Assembly: GCF_001194135.2 (NCBI RefSeq)
Contig: NC_068986.1
Location: 98,862,651-98,906,250 of the forward strand
Reading direction: 5' to 3'
Source of the DNA: Octopus bimaculoides
Taxonomy: Eukaryota
Length of the DNA stretch: 43,600 bases
The translations under genes were made by a program, and so were the position numbers. Of the stretch, positions 36,322 through 43,600 are shown in pieces. Position 1 is the first letter of the stretch. Every line of letters starts with the position of its first letter. The notes under the pieces were generated by a model that worked only from the letters and a program-made list of their open reading frames with translations, was not told the origin of the DNA and ran no database searches.

Positions 36322-37180
36322 TACGAGGGCTGTTCCAGAAGTTTTCAGCCTAACATAATTAATTACTTGACAGTAAGAAAAGAATACTTCATTTTTAGTT
36401 TTTATTTTTCAAGATATTCTTTTATTTTTCGGTTAAATTATCGTTAATTTTCAATACATATTTTACGGATAGCTTGCGCTGCTACTAAACGCTATTTAAA
36501 TAGATCTGTGTGTGCTCTTCACCCAACGAATATTCTGTAATCGATTTCAGTTTTTCTTTGCGTGAGAACTGGCTGTCTTTCAAAAGGTGCCTCTAATTTG
36601 GATGCAGATGAAATCCAGAGGGAACAACTTCTCATAGATAAGTTAGGTGAAGCAGCCTTTCAAAAATACATTTACGAATGGCATTCTTTGACAACTAAGC
36701 TGTGTGAGCTGGTGCATTTTTGTAAAGATTTATTACCACAGTATTCAACACTCCTTGGTGCGTTTTCATGATACAATCTTTCAGCTGCCGTAGTAAATCA
36801 GTTTTTAAAAACCTGTGATTTTTGCTTTGTGATGCATTTAATCTCTTAACACCACGCTATCGAAGTCGTTTAGGATTAAACATGTGATTTTACTTACACC
36901 GAGGCAAACTTTGAATTGCTTAGGTGGGGGAAAATACTTACACCTCTACTTCTTTAATTGTTATTCCGTCTCTGGTGCGAAGTGGAGATCTACGTTTTAT
37001 CTCCGATCTAAATCGTTTCTAGAGTATACTGTTTTCACCACATAATTTTCATGCCTTTCGATATTTTCTTTTGATTTACATTTCAGAAAAAATGATAAAA
37101 AAAAAAATTGAAGCAATTGATTGATGATGGTAATCAGTATGGCACAATCATTAAGTTTTTGACTCTTGGATAAAATTGTA
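36322..37180 (-). mobile_element. Degenerate mariner transposon relic
   Basis: TA followed by the TIR-like cgagggctgttccagaagt at 36322. Minus strand SPPKQFK, KNAPAHT and VVPSGFHLHP align to SPxPKKFK, DNAPAHT and LAPSDFHLFP. Confidence 0.7.
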
Positions 37181-37584
37181 CCACGGGAAATCTATGAAAC
37201 CTAGGGAGTGCATTCGTGTGTGTATCACGAGGACTATCCTCATTCGCAACTTGCTAAAGACTGTAGTGAGTGGAAGATATGCCTTGAAGACAAACCGTGA
37301 TTACAATGGTCTGTGAAAACAATCCTTATATAAATAGATAGATATACAGATAAATAGTATCTATATAGATAAATATACAGATAAATAGATAGATACATAC
37401 ATATATACATACATACACACACACACACATACATACATACATACACACACATACATACATACATACATACATGCTTGCATTCAGACAGATAGAGAGACAG
37501 ACACATTTATGCATATATAAATTATATACATAGATGCATACACATAGATGCTTACATACATACATACGTACATACATACATACA

Positions 37585-39140
37585 TGATGTGGCGGCCGTC
37601 CACTCGTGACCGAGGAAAACCATTACTGACCTTTAGGAACATTATGCGCTCAAGACTACCTTATATTTTACACTTGTGGCTCCGTTGGTGACTAACGAGC
37701 CCTGCACTTGAGAAACATACCCGACTGCAAACATTGCAGACCAAGCTTTCCCCATTCGTTACACTCTCAGCACATTTTCGAGCAGCACGCTTAAATTCTT
37801 CATGAAGAATACGAGAATACGTTCTCTTTCAAATATATCGACTCCCTCCTTTACTTGTTTCTTCAACCGTGACGATGACAAGCAATGCTCTCCCAGTCAG
37901 CTTCTCGCATTTCACAACGACTTGACACAGTTCTTAAATCGCAGTCTTGGCTTTTGCCGGGGTCGCTTTCCACTAACAAGTTCTCCGTAAAGCATCTACT
38001 TAGGGATCTTGCTATCATTCATTCTAACAAGGTGTCCAGTCCAACGTAACTGGTGTTTGTGCACCATCGCTTCAATATTCAGGATATCAGATTTCCTCAG
38101 GAACGGTGTATCTGAAGTTTTTAAAGTTCAGCCAATATTCAGAATGTGTCTCAGACATCTCTGATGGAAGCGCCTCACATGAGTAAAGGAGCGATATCAG
38201 TACACATGCACGGTACACAGAAATTTTTGTTTGCCTTGTGATGCCACGTTGGGACCAGACACCAGATACAAGAGACTTGAAGGAATCAGTTGCTCTCTGC
38301 AGACTGAAAGATATTTCATCATTCAGGAAGCAAGAACAGCTGAGTGTGCTGCCCAGGTAAAAAAAACTTGTCTGACATTTTCAGAATTGTTCCTTCAAGC
38401 AAGATAGCTGGTTCCACATATGGGTTTCCTTGTGCAGGCTGGAACATTAAAACCGTCTTGTCCAGGCTAATGCTGAGTCCAAATGTCTTGCAAGAAGCAG
38501 AAATATGATTCACATGTATTTGCACATCATCCGTTGTATGAGTGATTAAGTGACAGTCATCTGCATAAAGAGGTTACGTATAAGAGACTGGAAAACTTTT
38601 GAATTGGCAGACAATAGGTGCAGATTAAAAAGACGGCCAGAAGATCGATACCTAACATATATCCCGGAAGAGCTGTCCACAGCAAAAGCATGAGTAAGAG
38701 TAGCAGCAAAGTACAGAGAAAAGAGAGTTGGGGCAAGGATGTCACCCTGCTTGACACCATTCTCTAGAAGAATGAGTCCCACCATGCCGCCACCAACATT
38801 GACCCATGTTCTACTATCAGCTACTGGCAAGTATTCTTCTTACCCGCCTGAATAAGTGTCTCGTAAATGATGTCTTATCTGAACCTCAATGTGGTTTCCG
38901 ATATGGAAGAGGAACGATGGGTATGATTTTCACAGCGAGACAGAAACAGGGGAAGTACTATGAGCAGAAGATGGATCTTGTCCAGGTATTTATTAATTTA
39001 ACTAAGGCCTTTGATACTGTGAATAGGGCCTCCCTATGGAAAATACTTGGCAAATTTGGATGTCCGGATCACTTTGTATCAATAATCCAATCATTTCATG
39101 ATAGAATGGAGGCTTGGGTCAATGTTGGTGGTGCATGGCG
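37585..39140 (-). mobile_element. RTE-clade LINE, 5'-truncated, with an inverted 5' segment (38811-39138 on +)
   Basis: Minus strand GVKQGDILAPTLFSLYF...RLFNL; plus strand QCGFRYGRGT...FINLTKAFDTVNRASLWKILGKFGCPDHF. Flanked by (CATA)n on both sides. Confidence 0.9.
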
Positions 39141-39249
39141 GCAAAACATACATTCATACATACATACATACATACATACACAATAGAGTTATACCTAATG
39201 TAATGCAAAAATAAGCATAACATTTGTTTTGAATTAAACAGGCCTTTCA

Positions 39250-39720
39250 AATTGTACGTGCTGATGAGTAATTCTTCTATACAAAGTAGTCTTTATCAGA
39301 AGTGATTTGCCCTATCGTTGAACTAACTCCAGAATTCTCTTTGAAAAAAATTCAAGTATGCACACTTGTACCCACTTCATATTCATTTCATCTCCTCTGT
39401 ATCATCAAAGTGTTATCCCCGTAGTTTATATTTCACTGGACCGAGCAGGTGGAAGCCAAAAGGCACAAGATGTGGGCTGTACGGTGAGTGGGTGACCAGT
39501 AGCCAGCCGAATTTACCGAGTACTTAGCTTCTTTCCAATGACGTTTTTATTCCTGCATTGCCACAGTGAATGTAAATGATCTACTGATTAATATTCAATG
39601 TCTTCCTCCTAATGCCTTTGCGAAGCTTTTTGAGTTTCTCATTCAACTGCTCGTTCTGCAAGGTACAACCACCTTCCGGAAATCGAATAGATCGTAGACC
39701 TGAGTCGAAAGTTATGTTTT
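39250..39720 (-). mobile_element. Second degenerate mariner transposase fragment
   Basis: Minus strand KFGWLLVTHSPYSPHLVPFGFHLLGPVK...HFDDTEEMK aligns to HPPYSPDLAPSDFHLFGPLK. Confidence 0.75.
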
Positions 39721-40681
39721 ATAGTCCCTATCTCTTGAATAACAACATTAAGGGAGTATATATTAAGCAAACTATAAACATCAGACTTTAATGGTTGTAT
39801 ATTGTGTTTTTTTTTCTGTTTAAGTTAGAATTCCGTATTTCTGACTTAACCCTATCAAAAGAAGATATATATTTTTAATAAGATATAAATAGTAATTCTT
39901 GCAATTTTTATTTACTTTCAATCATTATTCGTCAGATTGGATTCTCTATAACAATTAAAACACAGTTTTAACTATTATATACATAACTCATCAGTTATGG
40001 ATTTTTCCTTGAAATACAATACTTCTTGAAATGTAATCCTTCTTTGAATTAGATAGACAACTACTGTACATACTGCACAGATCTTTGCTGGAGAAGTCTG
40101 AGAGTCCGAAAAACTTCGTTATCTCCTGATTTTATTACACATTTAAGGTTAAGGCGATGTGCGCGTCAGAAGAAAGAAATATTATGCAGCATGTTCAAAT
40201 CCCATTGAGGTCAATTTTATCTTACATCCTTTCGCAGTCGATAAAAGAAATGCCAATCAAGTTCTGAGGGTCGAAGTGATCGACTATCCCACTCCCTCTA
40301 AAACTGCTATCCGTGTTCTAAAATTGGAACCCATTATATGCATATTAAGGGAGAAATTAGGAAGACGAATTGGGAAAGGAAGACACTCCGTTATTTTCTA
40401 TCTTATCTGTCTACCCCTAATTTTTTACTCTTCTCTAACGTTCAGTGGTTAAGATATACCGTATTCGATATAAAAATGATGTAAATCTTATTCTGAACTA
40501 GGATTTGGATGAACATAAAAGACGCCAGCAGTTCTCATATCAGCGGAGACAGATAGATAAAAGCAATCTCTACTTAGTGCAAATGTCGGTTTGTAGCAGT
40601 AAAAAGGCAGGAATTAATCCTGATCAAGGCTTCAAAAAGAAGAAAGTGGAAGAGAAATAAACTTAAAATGTTATGCATTCT

Positions 40682-40782
<101 letters not shown>

Positions 40783-41115
40783 ATAATGCTCGCTATTTTA
40801 TCTACTTTAAAACATGTTCATCTGATTTAATCACATCTAACAATTATACACATCTTTGAACTATTGAACTACGCTGTACCACACAGCACAGCAGTTACAC
40901 ACGAACGATGAATTTTTTCCTTGAACGTCTCTGACTTCAGTAGAATATTAATTCAGACCTGTAGAGAAGAAACAAGCATATGGGTGTCGAGGATTAATTT
41001 ATTGAAACTGGACACTTAGTCGCTTCTGTTTTTATAAGACTAAGGAGTAAAACATGTGCACATGCAGAATTAAGAGACAATCAGTTATCCTCTTTTTCCC
41101 TCTGTCTCTCTTTCG

Positions 41116-41172
<57 letters not shown>

Positions 41173-41316
41173 TTTCACTCTTTCTTTCTCTTTCTCACAC
41201 ACACACAAACATACAGGGTAAGCCAAAAATCACGTGCCAGAACATTTGAAATTTTATAAATAGTAAAGAAATCATTCTCATCATCATCATCATCATCATT
41301 ATCATCATCATCATCA

Positions 41317-41350
<34 letters not shown>

Positions 41351-41353
41351 GAC

Positions 41354-41782
41354 TAAGGAGGCGAGCTGGCAGAATCGTTAGCACGCTGGACGAAGTGCTT
41401 AGCGGTATTTCACCCGTCGCTACGTTCTGAGTTCAAATTCTGCCAAGCTCAACTTTGCCTTTCATCCTTTCGAGGTCGATAAATTAAGTACAAGTTGCGT
41501 ACTTGAGTCGATCTAATCGACTAGCTCCCTCCCCCAAATTTCAGGCCTTTTGCTTATAGTAGAAAGGATTATCGCTATTATTGAAAATAAGGCAGCGAGC
41601 TGGCCGAATCGTTAGCAGGCCGAGCAAAATGCTTACCGGTATTTCGTCCGACTTCACGTTTTTAGTTCAAATTCCACAGGAGTCGACTTTGCCTATCATC
41701 TTTTTGGAGTCTTTAAAATAAGTTCTAGTAATCGATTTATCCTTTCCTCGAAATTGCTGGCTTTGTGCCAAAATTTGAAACC
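41354..41782 (+). mobile_element. Two tandem SINE family-1 copies (41354-41575, 41588-41782); a degenerate copy also at ~40170-40325
   Basis: Heads gcgagctggcagaatcgttagc and gcgagctggccgaatcgttagc plus core motifs. Confidence 0.88.
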
Positions 41783-42048
41783 AAATATATAAGCCAGAAT
41801 ATTAATATTTTTTATGGTGGTTATGAAGCTACGTCAGTGATTCAAGGGCTTAGATTCTCGTGATAGAGAAGGTGTCAAACAACTTGGCAAGTGCTCTGAT
41901 AGATTTTAGATTTTCTCATGACTATAATCTCAATTGCGAGAGAAAATTAAAGCGAAGAAGTTAAGTTACTTTTGACAAATTCAATGCAGTGAACATTAAA
42001 GAGGTGACCAAGTGGAAATAATTACGCAGTGAGGATGAAACAAATATT

Positions 42049-42284
42049 TATTTCTTTATTGCCTACGGGGAGTAGGCTAAACATAGAGGGGACAACCAAG
42101 GACAGACAAAAGGATTAAGTTGATTACATTGATCCCAGTGCATAACTGGTACTTATTTAATCGACCCCGAAAGGATGAAAGGCAAAGTCGACCTCAGTGG
42201 AATTTGAACTCAGAACGTAACGGCAGTCGAAATACCGCTAAGCATTTCGCCCGGCGTGTTAACGATTCTGCCAGCGCGCCGCCC
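42049..42284 (-). mobile_element. Full-length SINE family-1 copy with 19-bp TSD and Tx1-like tail
   Basis: TSD tgaggatgaaacaaatatt at 42030-42048 and 42285-42303; tail ttgtcccctctatgtttagcc...gcaataaagaaata. Confidence 0.92.
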
Positions 42285-42931
42285 TGAGGATGAAACAAAT
42301 ATTATACAACGACTAATATTATTTAGAATATTTTGACTGCATGACGTTGGAATTTTTCTTGGATAGCCATCGGTTTCGACGAAGAAGATTCAGTTGCCCG
42401 GTCAACGTAATTATCGGTTCATTTAAGCTGCAAGTATATGGCCGGATATTCCTCCAGCATGTGTACCATGCAATTCTCGGATAGAATCACCGACCCCGTG
42501 TGCGAAGAAATGAATTAAGGTGCAATCCATCGGAAAGATTTCTGTACAGTGTCCGTCTATCAAATTTCAGTCACAATCTCCGAAGTAATGGTTAAAAAAA
42601 AAATGTCATTTGTCCAAGACGTCACGTGATTGGGATCAAACCTAGGACATGGCAATTACGAAGCAAACTAATTTAACGATTCAGCAACAATGCAGAGCTT
42701 AGAAAGGTAGTGAAAAGAGAACAACTAGGAATTTCAAGAGGAGTAGTAAGAGAAGGAAACAAGAGAGAGGGAATGTGGGGGGGGGTCCCCCAGTGGGAGG
42801 AGTTAAACTTCGTGCATAGATACGAAGGGAAGTAAATTTCTACTTAACAGTAAACGTGATAAAAGAATAAACAGTTCTTAACAACAACAACAGCAAAACA
42901 ATAACAACAATAATTAATAATAATAATAATA

Positions 42932-42970
<39 letters not shown>

Positions 42971-43047
42971 ACAATAATGATAATTATTGTCAATATTCTT
43001 TCCAATATTATTATTATTATTATTATTATCATTATTATTGTCATTAA

Positions 43048-43097
<50 letters not shown>

Positions 43098-43547
43098 CCG
43101 ATGAGCAATTAGTATGGAAGGCTAAATCAAGAAGAACCTTGCAGATATTAAGATATTAAGTTAATAAATAAGTCAGTGAATGATTTATTGCTATGCAATT
43201 AAATTAGTGATAATTATCATAAGTTGATGAATAAATAATCAATACAGTTCGACCATAAAATAATTCAATCAGGATTTTTTATAATAGTCATTAATCCATA
43301 AAATAAATATAATTATATGTGTGTTCGTGTGTGTGTGTATGTGTGTGTGAGCATGAGTGTGTCTCCGTGCACGCGTGTGTGCACGATTTGACATCGAGAA
43401 ATTATGCAATACAAACACAAAAGCGACATATATATGTGAGTGTGTATGTATATGCATATATATGTGTGTGTGTGTGTGCATGTGTATAAATGTATGTATA
43501 TATATATATATAAATGTATATATATTATGTATTATGTATATGTATCT

Positions 43548-43600
<53 letters not shown>

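Noticed and set aside
42330-42520. Minus-strand ~60-codon frame with a single in-frame TGA (possible Sec readthrough)
   Set aside because: No recognisable domain or SECIS element; expected by chance.

Overview
Repeat-dominated, AT-rich eukaryotic DNA with five N-gaps and many microsatellites. It is most likely an Octopus scaffold: this is inferred from my recall of the two abundant tRNA-like SINE families, not from a database search. No host protein-coding gene can be supported; there are only a few weak exon candidates, and most ORFs in the supplied track are microsatellite translations. The window is a retroelement graveyard. It holds four old CR1/L2-like RT relics, two Tx1/L1-like elements (one keeps ORF1 but lacks endonuclease and RT), R4/Dong-like fragments in (TAA)n tracts, an RTE element with a twin-priming-type 5' inversion, three Penelope-like GIY-YIG fragments, two mariner relics, several MITEs and about 20 SINE copies. 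The most notable locus is 33.0-34.4 kb. There a Penelope-like GIY-YIG reading frame, absent from the ORF track because a 620-bp MITE splits it, is followed by a type I hammerhead ribozyme with an intact catalytic core, which faces a second, degenerate minimal hammerhead on the opposite strand. An Illumina adapter remnant is assembled next to the first gap.
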